From positions 6,975,337 to 7,039,336 of the forward strand of contig CM082586.2 in NCBI GenBank assembly GCA_040954595.2: a stretch of DNA of 64,000 bases, given 5' to 3'. The notes beneath the pieces are model-generated. The model had not been told where the DNA came from and ran no database searches. It saw nothing but the letters and a program-made list of their open reading frames with translations. A program made the translations under genes and the position numbers. Below, piece after piece: positions 13,425-39,810 of the stretch. The DNA is from Balanoglossus misakiensis. Lineage: Eukaryota; Animalia; Hemichordata. Position 1 is the first letter of the stretch. Each line of letters starts with the position of its first letter.

Positions 13425-13652
13425 ATAGGAAATCAAAGATGGCTGCCAAGCCTGGTAAAACTATAGGAAATCAAAGATGGCCGCCAAGCTTGATAAAACT
13501 ATAGGAAATCAAAGATGGCTGCCAAGCTTGATAAAACTATAGGAAATCAAAGATGGCTGCCAAGCTTGATAAAACTATAGGAAATCAAAGATGGCTGCCA
13601 AGCTTGATAAAACTATAGGAAATCAAAGATGGCCGCCATGCTTGATAAAACT
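13425..13652. repeat. 38-bp minisatellite, 6 copies
   Basis: Unit ATAGGAAATCAAAGATGGCTGCCAAGCTTGATAAAACT starting at 13425, 13463, 13501, 13539, 13577 and 13615, head to tail with no spacers. Confidence 0.95.
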
Positions 13653-14196
13653 ATAAGGAAAAAGTTTCATCATCACTGCTGTGTTCATTTTTTGCTGAAC
13701 ACACGTAAGTCGAAGTCACGATCATGACCCCCATTGCCGAGGTTCCTCATTTGGTGTCCTTTTGTCATGCAAATTGTCAAAATCAAGAAATGTAGAGCTC
13801 AAAACCAGACTGTGTGTAAGCCCAGCAAAAACACATGCCAGTCTGGATTCCAAATAACTCCATCTTCATTCTTTACCTGCACACACGTTACAGAAACAAA
13901 TGGCATTTTGCGAGCAAAAATCATGAACACATTGCAGTTTGCAATTCTAGTTCTACATGGCTAAAACCAAACTTCCCAAAACCAGGAAGTCAGTCACTAG
14001 TAAAGTGTCAAAAGTCGGAAGAAAATGCTTTTGAAAGGATCGACATTTGAAATATTGAATTTTAATGACCACTCTACCCTGGCTGCAATTGATCTACATT
14101 ATTTACATCATCGTAAAAAGATATGTACAGTAGAGGGAATTTATAATGGATGGCTTTGGAAGGATTAATGTTATGGTGACTCCATAAACACGGCAT

Positions 14197-14210
14197 GTTT
14201 CCATGGCAAC
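14197..14210. promoter_or_regulatory. RFX X-box
   Basis: GTTTCCATGGCAAC. Confidence 0.4.
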
Positions 14211-15634
14211 TTCTATTGCGGAAAATAATAAAAAGACAGAATGTCTCTCATAACTCACTTTCAAACATAAAATACGATCGTTAATGTCATGTTGTGTTGT
14301 TATACTAAATGTTTGAATGACATTGAATTCCAAGCAAGTGCTTTTATTGAATGATATACCAAATTAATTCCATCATTATTCCGAGATTACAAGAAATCTT
14401 GGATTTCAGAAAAACACTATCAAATTCTAACATTATTTCTCATTTATACGCATTTTAAGTTTTACATAGCTGTGAATTATCATTGAGTTGAAGGCATCCA
14501 ACAGCACACGTCGACATGACTATGAACACCTAATGCTTTAAGTTGAGGCCATCAGTTTGAGTATACTCACGTTTCACAGAACTTAATAAAGCATGATCAA
14601 CTTTTCCAGTATAACATCAATGGTGATTTGTCATGGGTGACTGAATTTTATGTTTCCTCTCGCACGCTAACTTGAAAGAAATCAGTCGATCAATTACGAC
14701 CGAACTTCGGAAAAGTGGAGCAAGGTGTTCACGGAAAAATACATAAATCCTTGTTTAATAATTAAACACAGAACATGTTCCCTGCAGTCTTTTTTTTGCA
14801 AATCATTAATTTATTGGTAGTCATCTCATTCAGCCTTCTGGTACTGATGGGGTACGTCATGAATCATTTCATGAAATAAAACTCAAGTCCCCAGGGTCAT
14901 AATGTGCATTGGTGTCATGCATACACATGCATCAATCATAATCCACAGAAAAAAAAATGATGTGTATCATCACGGAAGCTTAATTATCACAAATGTAATC
15001 TTACATGTATATAATGATAACCGGCTTTTGCGGAACCGAACTTCCCGCAGTCTGGCAGCACACTGATTCAATTGTCGAGTGTCACTACGCCACAAGCACG
15101 TCGCAGGATGGCATTGTATTCAGGGTTTCCCTAGTCATTTTACAGGGGTCTAACACTGTTTTGATGTACTGCTAACAACCCGAATTTTACAGAGAATACA
15201 AAACATGGCTTCTTTAAGTCTCTGGCCTTTTGCATCCATAATCCAACACTGTCATTGAAGAGGTGTATTCTTTGGAAAGTACATGTAAAACCTTGTCTGT
15301 CATAGCATCAAGTTGAGGGCTTCCGGCTTTTTTTAAGAAAAGGACTGGAGATTTGAAGACAAACCATAGACAGTAGACTTTCCCATTGTCTATGAACAAA
15401 TGTATACACACTTCAAGAAGGAATATGGATTCAAAGAAGCAAAATCATCTCCAATTCAGACAATATAAAGCGTGATACAATAAAAAGAAGTCGAGCGATG
15501 ACCCCGCTTTTGTTGTGACAATCAGTTGAAATCTCCTGGTGCCTGGATTTCTCAAGAATATCTTTCCCGAAGTGGCTGCCACTGACAGGCACAGCACGAG
15601 GGTGCAATTACACATTTACATGCATAAAATAGCG

Positions 15635-15648
15635 GTTTCCATGGAAAC
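15635..15648. promoter_or_regulatory. RFX X-box
   Basis: GTTTCCATGGAAAC, a perfect palindrome. Confidence 0.4.
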
Positions 15649-16298
15649 CAGTAGGAGGATAAACATCTGCTTTTCAGAAACGTCACTCAGGGAGACATCA
15701 ATAAAAGCCATGTCATACGTTATGAGAGTTGTGTGATTTTTTAAAGATGTTTAGTTTATTTTTTGAGAAAGGAAGGCTTGTTAACTGGATTTGTTAGCAG
15801 TTTGTGTGTGTGCATGTGTGTGTGTGCACCTGAGAACACTTTTATTCCATGTAACTACATACATGCATATCGTGCATACATCACAAAATGGCTGCCGGGA
15901 ATCATGTTGGAAAATTTGAATAACATCATGCAATTTTTCATAATGAGACACAATTACACCATAATTTCTTTCAGTACTTTGCAAAGTGATGCAACGAACG
16001 GTAGTCTGCTAATGAATCTTGGGAAAGACTTGTAAGATTTTTACTAGCAAACAAGAAATCTATCTTACAGTATTTTTGGTGCTGAAAGAATAGCGTTATC
16101 TGAGTTAATTGAGTCCGAAATAAAGTTTATAATAATAATAATAATTATCAGAATCATTGTTATCAATTGATCTTGATGCCTGTTAAGTGATCAATTACAG
16201 TGTCTGTCAGATACAGAATATTGAGAACAGTTTCGGGGAAAAAAATATGATTGTATTATTATCTATTCAGTTGTGTGCCTGGTTTTTTATCATTCCAG

Positions 16299-29227
<12,929 letters not shown>

Positions 29228-32200
29228 CCAAGCTGACAATATACGACATTTAACCGACCACAGTGTAACACTGGTACTGTTTTTTAAAAACAGTCATCTA
29301 ATACGTTTTTAAAATACTAATGATAATCAGCCAATGCCAGATTGTTAACTCCTGTACGTTTCTTAACACCTGCAAATGATGTTAAAATTGCCAGAAGTTG
29401 TTAAGTGGCCATTTTGAAAATATGTGGCCATTGAGGGCGCTGTTACCAGCTGAGGAGCAAGACCGACAAAGGTGAAGATGTGTACCTCTACTTTTGGTTA
29501 ATCAGGGATTGGCGATTTACTAATTTACAAAACCTTAACCGGTAAAATGTTGCTGCCTAGATGGCCAAGTTCCATGACTGTCATAAAAGCATTCAAGGAT
29601 TTTCTCTGATTCTTTCAGCCATGCTGGTTAAATGGCTTGAGAGTGTGCTAGTTTCAAATGCAAAAAATTTATCGTATGCACATTTTATAACAGGTGATGT
29701 GGCCTTCCTACATGGCTGTGCATAGAAAGATTGTGGTCTGTACACACCCCTTTAGTATATACTTATTTATTGCAAAAAGTTTCTAAGAAATTTTATAGCT
29801 GATTCTTTTCTAACAAATTTCGTAAGTGGTCACCTTGTTTTCTGCTAAGATTTACAAATGCACCTTGAGTAGACTTTAGTGTCGTCAAAACTATCTTTAA
29901 AAAATTGTCATATTTCATGGAATTTGTGATTTTTGAAAAATTGCTGTGTCTGCCATTCAAAGCTTCAATAGAAAGTGGAGGGTCATTTTAAATTCTTTTA
30001 AAAAGGATGTTCATGGTGTTTTTATAGTGGACTGGTTTGACCAAGTTCTACACAAATAAGAACTCAGTTTAATTTGGCAGCTAGTTTCACTTCACAAAGT
30101 TGGACGTTTTCTCAAAAATTTTGTTGAAGTTATTTTTGAACAGTGTACCAGTACTTTGTAACATGGGAGCATTTTTTCTTTGCTTTTGGGTGTGCTTGCT
30201 AAAGAATAAATTACAAAGAACATTTTAACAATCCAATTTACATATGCCCATATATGGTTCAATGTCTGAGTCTACATGCATGGTGGCGCCCTTTTTTGCA
30301 TTGCCACCCAAGTGAAAACCTGTGATTGGCTAGATCTTATAGGTCCATCTGGTGAAATTTGACTAAGTGAACATATACGACAGAATTACTGCAAGACTAA
30401 TCTCAGATTTAAAGATGAAGTGGCTAAATATTAATTTTGGCTTTATGTAATAATTTTGTTGTCAGTACTTATTCGAGTGATAAAAATGTACATATTGCTA
30501 AAATGCAGTTTCGCATTATCACAGTGTGGATTTTATGAAAGTTCATGTAACACTGCCAGAGCTGTTTTTTTATTAATTTAATGAGCTATTAATTTTTAAA
30601 ATATGTCTCAATTTCAACTGCCAGCAAGCTCAAAATAATATGTATATTTATTGACTGGATTTGTGTGAATTTTTTATAAGACCAAATTCTATTTTGTCAA
30701 AGTCCTGGAATGTAAACTTTTTTATAATTTTTAATTTTGACTGCACTTGGATTTTCAGTACACTTTTCATTGTGTGATTAAATACATACTGTATTCCCAT
30801 CTATTCGTGGTGTATAATTGATTGTATATCTACATTTTGTCTAATTGATTCACATAGTGGGTTTGTTGTCCTAGAAAATGAGCATAAAATTGTGGATTTG
30901 CATTACTCATTAGATTTTCCTGTTTGTAAACGATGGTATTGTTTTGTGTGTACAGTATTGTAATTGAAGACGTATTATGACAATCAATTCATATTTCGCC
31001 ATGAAACAAATAATAAACAAGATGTGGAAACAAATGTGTTTGATCAGGAATAATAATGCTCACTTGCAGCCCAGAGCCTTTTCAAAAGTCTAGCGCCCTC
31101 ACACAGTCATAATGGATTTGAACTCATAGCGAGGCCAATGGGGAAACCTATCGATGTGATTGGTCAATTTTCCCCATGATGTTATCTTTTTCGTCTGGCA
31201 ATTCTTTTGGGCGTGGTTTCAGAAAAGAATAAAATCCTATTTCTTTTAGGTTTTTATAATCGTGGCGTGAATAAAGTTTTAGATATACTTAACCCTCAAT
31301 CCATCATGTTGTCTTTTAATACTCTCAGATGATCTGGAAGTATTTTCTTTCAAAGTTTGCACAAGAAAAATATAATTGGGGACATATTTATATCGTTATT
31401 CAAACAAACACAGAAACGTTTAGTTTTAGCTATGTTTTTACTCCATATTACTGGTACATACATGTATATTCGTAAGTAAACGAGCAGATAGCGACTCACG
31501 AGAAAATTTGAGGCTCCGGTTAAAACCGTGCCCATGAGCGATTTGTGACCTCGACCGGTTGACATTGAGTCAACGTCCGAAAGTGTTGAAACGGGGTCAC
31601 GGTAGAGTTCATGATGATTCAAGTACATGTACACCCGAGTAGACTTGGCCGGGTCATGACAAAGTCAACCCTTGGTCATCACTCCGCCCCGCGGTCTTAC
31701 GTAATACCAAGGTACCAGTACATGTATCACGTCACCTTTGTGACCCGATCGACGCAATTATAGCCTATTTGCTTCCGCTACTTCCAAATGCCCATGCTTG
31801 CTGGAAGCGTCATTCTTGCTTCCATCGACTGATGACAAGGTATATAGACGTAAGTATGTGACCTAACACTTAATTTTACCAAGATGGCATAACAGACTAT
31901 AATTCACCTGTGGCTGATCATTCACGTTTACGTATAAACATCTGTACTGCATTACGCGCATATCAACTTTGCAGTCCATATTAATATTACCATGTCATAC
32001 TCTAAATCTCATTGAGGCTGATTTGATTATGTACTACCACTTTATACCGCGTCCATACCTCCGACTCGACAGCCCTGCCATGCAGAGCTACCGACTCGGT
32101 AGTTACGCACGTACGTGTAGTCCCTCGTTCTGACTGTCCGGCCCGATCCAAAACATGAACATTGCAGTTTTTTAATCGTAGCGTCGTCACGACTTGAACA

Positions 32201-32781
32201 TTGGATTTAAATCTGGTCACGGTCACCCCCATTGTGGAGTAACTGTGACCTGGTCGCATTATACATTTCATTTCGTTCAAACCTTTTGATCCCAGAATTA
32301 AGTTGGATATCTGGTGGTTTCGTAACATTTAGATATTCCATTTCGCAACTAGGCCAGCAGTATGACTCGGCAGAAAACATACACCCGACGTATATGGTTC
32401 GATATTTTAACAGATTAGGGGTGTGACGTTTGATTTGAGTTTATGGGGCTGGCACTTCGAGGTCGTCGAAACTGCGCGCGCACCATTCTTAAACCTAGCA
32501 GCTTCTCCGCCTATTTAGAATTTTATACCCCTAATAATTTGCAAGAAAATTAAATCCATTTGAAAACTTGTACATTATTTTATTTTGTTAAAAACACAAA
32601 CAAAACCTTGACAAATCCATTTTTTTACAGTAATGACAGATTGTTTGAATTTGGTGATATATACTGATTGAACTATCTTTCTTTGAAACATTTTAAGGTC
32701 CCTATCTTGCTGCGTATAAGCCGTGTTTCTCAAGTACACATTTCTCATGTTGGTGAGAGAGGGTTGTGATTTGACATCACC

Positions 32782-35700
32782 ATGGCGACAGAAGATCCAG
32801 GTGAGGTACCTGAAGGTGGATGGGGCTGGTGCGTTGTCTTGGCAACATTCATCTCAACCGGGCTGAGCGCGGGAAACTATTATTCATTCGGAGTCCTGTT
32901 CGCTGCTTTACTGGATGCTTTCAACGGAACCAAGTCAGAAACAGGTATTGGATATAAATCCATCGTTTTACCCTTTCATCACAATGGTTCAGTCCAAACC
33001 CACTGTTTTCTATGCTAAGGGTTGAACTCATTAGTGGGAACTGGGGGTGAAAGGGTTAAAGGTCCACTATCTGTAACTTTTGGCTATTTTATCATCTCTT
33101 CTACCAACTACATTTTCTTTATCTCCCTAGTACACACTATCATAAATATGGCCACTTCCAGTTCGTCAACTCGTCAACTTCATATGTGTGTTGGCATTGT
33201 TATTGTTGACGAATGCATTCAAGTCTGGCCTTGGATGATCTATGACCTTGGCCAAGGTCAAATTTTATGAACACAAGCTGCGCAACTGACAACATACATG
33301 TATTATAATGGACCAACTTTAAAAAATGACATTGAACCATGTTAGACCAAACTGCTGTAACTCACACGCAACAGGGCTAGCTAGCATCACGTATATATAA
33401 CTGCAGCTTTACCGGTATATAGAAAGTCCTCCCCTGTACTACCATATTTATTAAAATTAAATGCCAGACGATGTCACTCCAATTGAATGCTAGACTTTAG
33501 AAATGATTTATGCTAACAAATAGTGTTTTTTTTCCTGTTCGTAATAGCATGGATAGGATCCATCTTGGCTTTCATGTTTGTGACCGGAAGCGCACTCTCC
33601 CATGTAGTTGTGAAGAAAATTGGCCACCGGGCAACAGTGATGCTCGCTGGTACAATAGCATCAGTCGGCCTCTTTGTTAGTTCGTTTACCACGTCACTGT
33701 ATCAACTATACTTCACTTATGGTTGCGTAACGGGTGAGTGTGACGCCAGTTAACTGTCACCTATGCAAATATATAACCACTGTTAAGATGGAAAATTCAA
33801 ATAAACCCAATGACCATTCAAACACTAAGACACGTCCTTTTGACCATATATAGGCATATGTAAATTATAGGTGACTATATACCTTTAATGGTGTTTGATA
33901 GCTTTTTGGAATACGTACATGAAGTGGCAGATTACGTCATTAAGCCAAAATATGTTCATCACATACAATGTAGTGAGTCCAAAATGACCAGTCTTGTGGT
34001 CCATTTTTAAAGTAAATTTTTAATTTCTTCATATTCTATTTAAGGAATTGGACTTGGTTTCGGATTCATACCCTGTGTGGACCAGATTGGAAAATATTTC
34101 AAGAAAAGGTTTTCCCTTGCGATTGGGCTCGGCATGGCAGGTACTGGCGGTGGCCAGTTGATGCTATCACTGCTAAATCAAGTCATGGTGGATCACTATG
34201 GTTGGCGAGGTATGCTGTTAGTTTTGTCAGCGTTGACCGCCAACTTGTGTGTTGCTGGCGCCCTCTTGAGGCCAATTGAACCGTATGTACCACTTGAAAC
34301 TGACAGCAGAACCGACTTGACACATCAGCAGAGCAATGGAACAGTTCTTACGAAGGAGGGGGAGGAGGAGGCCACAACGCAAACAGGAATGACAGTGGTA
34401 CAAAATGGCGTCCCAATATATGACAATCACCAGAACGAAGAAACTAGCGAGAAGAAACCAAAAACTAGGACGTTCCTAGGCAACCAACGCAATCGGTGTG
34501 TCACATTCTGTTCCACCATGTTTGACAGAGATTTACTTACACACCCAGTGTTTCTGCTCCAAGCTCTGATAGGAGCCGGTCAAGTATTTGGACATGGAAC
34601 TGTGTCAGCACATGCGGTACGAACAGTTTGATTGCTGACAAAAAACGCTGTATTTTAAACTATAATCACTGTATAGTACTAATGTGTATAATGCGTTGCC
34701 ATTTTTAAAAGTGAAATGTTATGATGCTGGAACATGTATTAAGACACATTTGCATTGAGACGCAATATCACGCTTGAATATCACAGAAAATTCTTTTTGA
34801 TTTTATCAGGTTCGCAGACTACGTGACTTTGGTGTTCCGAACACAAAGAGTGCCATCGTTTCCTCAGTCATGGGTCTGGCTCAACTCACGGGCCGGCCTC
34901 TGTATGGTGCTATTGCCAACAGTGGACGTGTGAAGCCACATGTTCTGTATGGCATTTCTATGGCTACGTGTAGTGGCGCGACTATCTTCAGTATCTACGT
35001 CAAGAGCTTTGCAGGTAAAAATTAACTGAGCGTTATGACCCGTGCAGTCGTCAAAGTCATTGCAATGTTTCATTTTTGACAAAACACCAGTCCACTTAGC
35101 CATCTGTGTCATGGTTCATTCTGTCTTAAACACACAGCACGATATATCTGTGGCAATATACAGCCATGTAGACTTGTCCCTACATTTCAATTTGTGCCAG
35201 TACAATTTCCAACTAAATGTATTTACTGCTATTTTGTACTATCCAATGAATATTTAAATGCTTGTTATTTGAATTTTAAAAATGTAGATTTCAGATTTAA
35301 ATTATGTTTAGAAACTGACGATAAAATGTAAACTAAAAAGTTCTTCGTGTGAGTGTGACACGATTTTTAGTCATTTGACGAACCAGTTTGCACATAATAT
35401 AACTGTCTAATATTTCTACATATTTTCCTACAGCTCAGCTTTTCTACATAGCGATGTACGGTATGTCTCTTGGTGGCTACATAATTTTGATTCCTATTGT
35501 TGTCAACTGGTTTCATGGTAAAGAAAAGATTGCGCATGGAATGTCGTTTGTGATTCAAATCCAAGGCGTCGTTGCCTTGATGGTTTCACCTCTCACAGGT
35601 AAGCAGCTACAAAAGGCATATTTTATATTTTACATATTTTGTTATGTCTGGGAATAGACATATTTAGAAGTACCAGCATGTTATATGGGATATATATACT

Positions 35701-35972
35701 GCTTGCTGAGTTGTCAGTTATATCAGGTCGTTATATCTTGTTTCTGGATCTCTCTATAACTTTCAGGTCACATGCGAGACGTCTATGGGAACTATGACGC
35801 TGCATTCTGGCTTGTGGTAATCGCCTACCTCTTCTGTATGGTGGCTGCTTTTTCACTGCCAGTAGTTGACAGACTCGTCGAGAAACGACGAAAGAGTAAC
35901 ACGTATGAAGCAACTCCCGAGAGCAAGCCTTCGGAAGTATTCGTGTTGTCCGAGTTGATATCTACTGTCTAA
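32782..35972 (+). CDS. SLC16 / monocarboxylate transporter family MFS protein (MCT12-like), copy 1
   Basis: Exons 32782-32944, 33548-33733, 34045-34616, 34810-35014, 35434-35598, 35767-35972. SLC16 signatures PEGGWGWCVV, YFKKRFSLAIGLGMAGTG, YGWRG, GALLRP, and a C-terminal DVYGNYDAAF. Confidence 0.93.
32967..33059. mobile_element. MITE family C (reverse orientation)
   Basis: Ends GGGAACTGGGGGTGAAAGGGTTAA. Confidence 0.7.
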
Positions 35973-38900
35973 CAGCAATGTCTGCCGTATCTTATACATT
36001 CGCGGGAAGATACGTGGCACTCCAGACAGTAATATGTTCAAGAAAACAAAGAAATGTTACTTTTGTTCTAACGACTTTTGCCTGAAAATCACGCTGTCTG
36101 CCTTGAACCATGCTTCTGCTCAAACTCGCATCCAAACCATCAAGCTCATATCTTAGCAAGGTCACCTATTTACATTCAAATTCGCCGACAACATTGTTTT
36201 GACCCGCCGTATGGTTGTCTATTGTTTTCAAGCCAATGTGTGCCGATTTGGTGCTATGCCAGCGACAGGGTTTCATTTTTCTCTACATGTACCTTAAATA
36301 GACTTTCGGTACCTAGACGAGGGAAAGAATTAATAGGTTTTGATGCCTACGTAAGCGATAAAATTAAACCTCACATGGTCGAACTAATTTCCAGATGGTG
36401 GATTTCTGCATTTGCCAAAATAAAATAATTATCTTGTAAATACCTCAACATTCTTTTGTATTTTTGTATGCAGACTGTACGGTCAACTCTTATACCATCT
36501 AGCGATATAGCTAGGATCTTTTGGTCGCGCGACAAGAAAATTATAAATGTTTGTCTGCAGTTTTAGAGTAAACACTTAGTTTCATGGTCACTTATACGTT
36601 TGATTTAAGATTGCTAATGATTAATAATATGTACAGGTGCATGACTTATGAAAAAAAGTACAATTGCGTAACAGGTATCTGGGAATCAATCCCGGAATCC
36701 ATACTTCTCAACTCATGAGGGCGCCCATTACTGATAAATCGCCAGCGCCTGACCGCCCGTCAGAATACGTGTATAAGCTGTACTATACATGGTTTCTGTA
36801 TTAGTCTCGTACGTCAAACTTATTTTAGATGAAATAGTGGACCCAGTACTTACGTTATAGGTGCTCGTCTGCTGTACTTTATCCATAGCTGTCGCTTCCA
36901 CGTCCGGAACCTGTCGCCTGTGATTTCAATGGCGGCCACCCACGAGCGTTCGACGCCTGCACCACGTGCATGCATACACTACGCATGCTCATTTTGTTTC
37001 TCGTAGCACAGCGCAGCCAGCGGCTGAAATGGGGAAAGGACCTGCAGCAGACTATCGACCGAGAACTGGAAATTTCACGTTCTGCTGGGTTATTATTAAA
37101 GGGACAGAGTCGTTGGTCAATATGCGAAAAGTTGTAGTCTATATGCCTACTGTCTGACTTCATGAAACGTTTAAATTCTGGTCAACTGTAAACAACCTCT
37201 ACACTGCACCACCATGCGCTCGTATATAGTCTTAGACCAGTCCATATGTAATAGACTGGGCCAATAGACTAAACATACGATGAACGATTTAGAGGTCTAT
37301 ACTAGTACCCAAAGATCAAGGGGTAGTAGACAGTGGAGTGAAATGCCTGATTGCCTGAGGGTTTAGGTGTAGACTGCATCTGCATGGAGAGATCTTGTGC
37401 GCGGTGCATGTAAGTGCTTGAATAACACTGTACACTGGAAAATCCCAAGCTATAATTAATGTACTGAACAAAACAGACTTGTAAAATACGAATCACCCTA
37501 AGCCCGAAATAACGTTACGTACGCGGGTAATAGAGCACACTGCCCACAGCTGTCCATGCCGTACGGTATATTATATGTAGGTAGGAGTTCAGAGTTGAAA
37601 GGTTGTCACATTTATAAGTAGTCTGGGTACGTAACTATGTTATTATGTATGATCCGAATGGCGAGCTCACTGAGTTGTACCGCGGGCTGTACTGAATGAT
37701 CTTATTGTCTGCGTCTGAACGGTATAATAGTTACCTGTATGTAAAATGGTATGATAGACAGGTAAGTATTGATGAAGAACAGATCATCACATGTTCATGA
37801 TTGCGGTCGGTGCGCGTGCGGTACAGAGATCATGTCAGTTTCAATCCTTTTAAGTGGGTCGCTTAATATAAACGTTATGTGTAGACAAGACGTGCTCATC
37901 TGGTCTTAAAATACAAACGCCATTGCATATAACTGAGCCTACTGCGGTAAACACTCCACTCAAAGCTTTGTTTTTTGTAATCACTTGACTCTTTGTTCCA
38001 TTCTCACCATTGTGTGGTGTGAGACGGAAGTATTACATATAGAAATCCTATTTATTTCTGGGTCGTCTAAACTGCGGTCACTGTCCATGCCGAGAACAGG
38101 TTCGAGTGTCTGAATTTACGGCTGTATAATATAATATATATTGGTATATACTCAAAGTCGGCGAATCAGATATTATAACCGGGTTTATGTCCACGTCGAA
38201 TGTTTCATAATGGCAGTTCTATCTACGGCCAGTGTGCTTATGCATGACGAAATCGCATAAAAAGGTCATTCATTGTCAGGTTGCGTCAAACAGTAGGCCC
38301 AGAAGATGTCTTCCTTCACTTTGAGGTGTTACATACTCTTTCATCCCGGTTTTTACTACAAATGTGTTTATATGGATGCCAACTTGCAATAATGTATGCT
38401 TCATAACAGAAAGCAGAATTTAGTACAGGCCTAAATAATATAACATTCGCCTACGAATGTCCACAAACATGAGTATACAAACTCTTCGTGGTGGACGAAA
38501 TAGCTTCAGTGAATTAATTAGTTTTGGCCGAGTCTTCAGCTTGTGTTCGTGGCCGAGCGTCATGGTTTCGACAGAGTTCGATTATCGTGTATTTGAGTGA
38601 CTCAATACTGAAAGATTACACAGCCATTGTAATGTTATGCAACAGTCGCCTGGTTTCGACAATTCCTTTGTGCACAGGTAATAAGAATCTGCGGTGGTGG
38701 CCGCCCCTCAAGTCGCGACTGTGGTTGTTATTCCGTACCACGGAGCTACACCGTGGATAGAGGGACTTAGAGCACCAGCGGGTCAATGGGTTATAGTACA
38801 ATGAATCAGCAGTTATTCACTGGAGTGACGTACGAGACACATCTGGGTTATTTGGTTCAAGCATGGGTCAGGGTGACCGCTATTGTACACTGTATTGCCG

Positions 38901-39810
38901 TACGTCATTGTTTATGGCCTAAGTACTACCGGTAATATGGTGACGTCAGTGCACATACGAGGAAATTCTGACGACAGGAATTTCCCCTCAGCAACGAAAC
39001 ATCCAGCATTGCATCAGCCCCATTTTGACTGAAATTAGTTTTGTGAATAGTATATTTATGTCGTGGCTTGACTAGCGCTGATAATTCCATGCTAAGATAT
39101 TTTATGAATAAACGCGTATCAAACGCAAGGCATCGGACCCATGTCTCGTGGTTAATTAGGGTAAATTATTTGTTTCTATTTACAGAAAAATACTCCGAAT
39201 ACTAAAAATACCACCTGCAGATGGCAACAAGTCAAATGGTTAACTGTTGCATAGGTGGTCGACGCGACAAACATGCCCAAAAAATTGTTATAATATACTG
39301 CTCGTACGTGATCAGTTGAGTCAAAGCATTCACACCATGCAGTGTTCGCGACAATAATACATGTATACCGATATTAGACGTACCACACCCCGTGAGTGTG
39401 ACGTCTATCTCGCCACGCCGACGACTTCCTACGCCGTGCTCTGCAATCCTTACTTGATGTTAGACCAGTGAAACCGCCGATAAAAATCCAATATATCGAT
39501 CGGAGATTTGGCCATCTGGCCTTAGCTTTGTTTATATGTATTTATTCAATTCTTGTTGTCGTCATCGTCTTCGTGGTCAGAGATAATACAGTGTCTTGAT
39601 TTGAATATATGACCATACATACTCTGGTACTTTTCGGCATAGCGATGAACGTCAAGTATTTTTCATACTTGCATTTTACGTTAACGAATCCCCTCCTTTA
39701 GTTTTCAGAGTATCTGCCTGACTGAGGCTGACTGCTTCTTTGCTTAATTTCTCAGGTACACGACGTTTCTTGTATTTGGTCACTGAGGGTGGCCGCCATT
39801 TCGTATCACC

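Noticed and set aside
13425-13652. 38-bp repeat array as a CRISPR locus
   Set aside because: Units are contiguous with no unique spacers, there are no cas genes, and the context is a eukaryotic intron.
36840-37190. GC-rich patch with a TTAAAGGGACAGAGTC end between the SLC16 copies
   Set aside because: Only one transposon-like terminus is visible and there is no coding similarity; I cannot tell a promoter from a repeat fragment.
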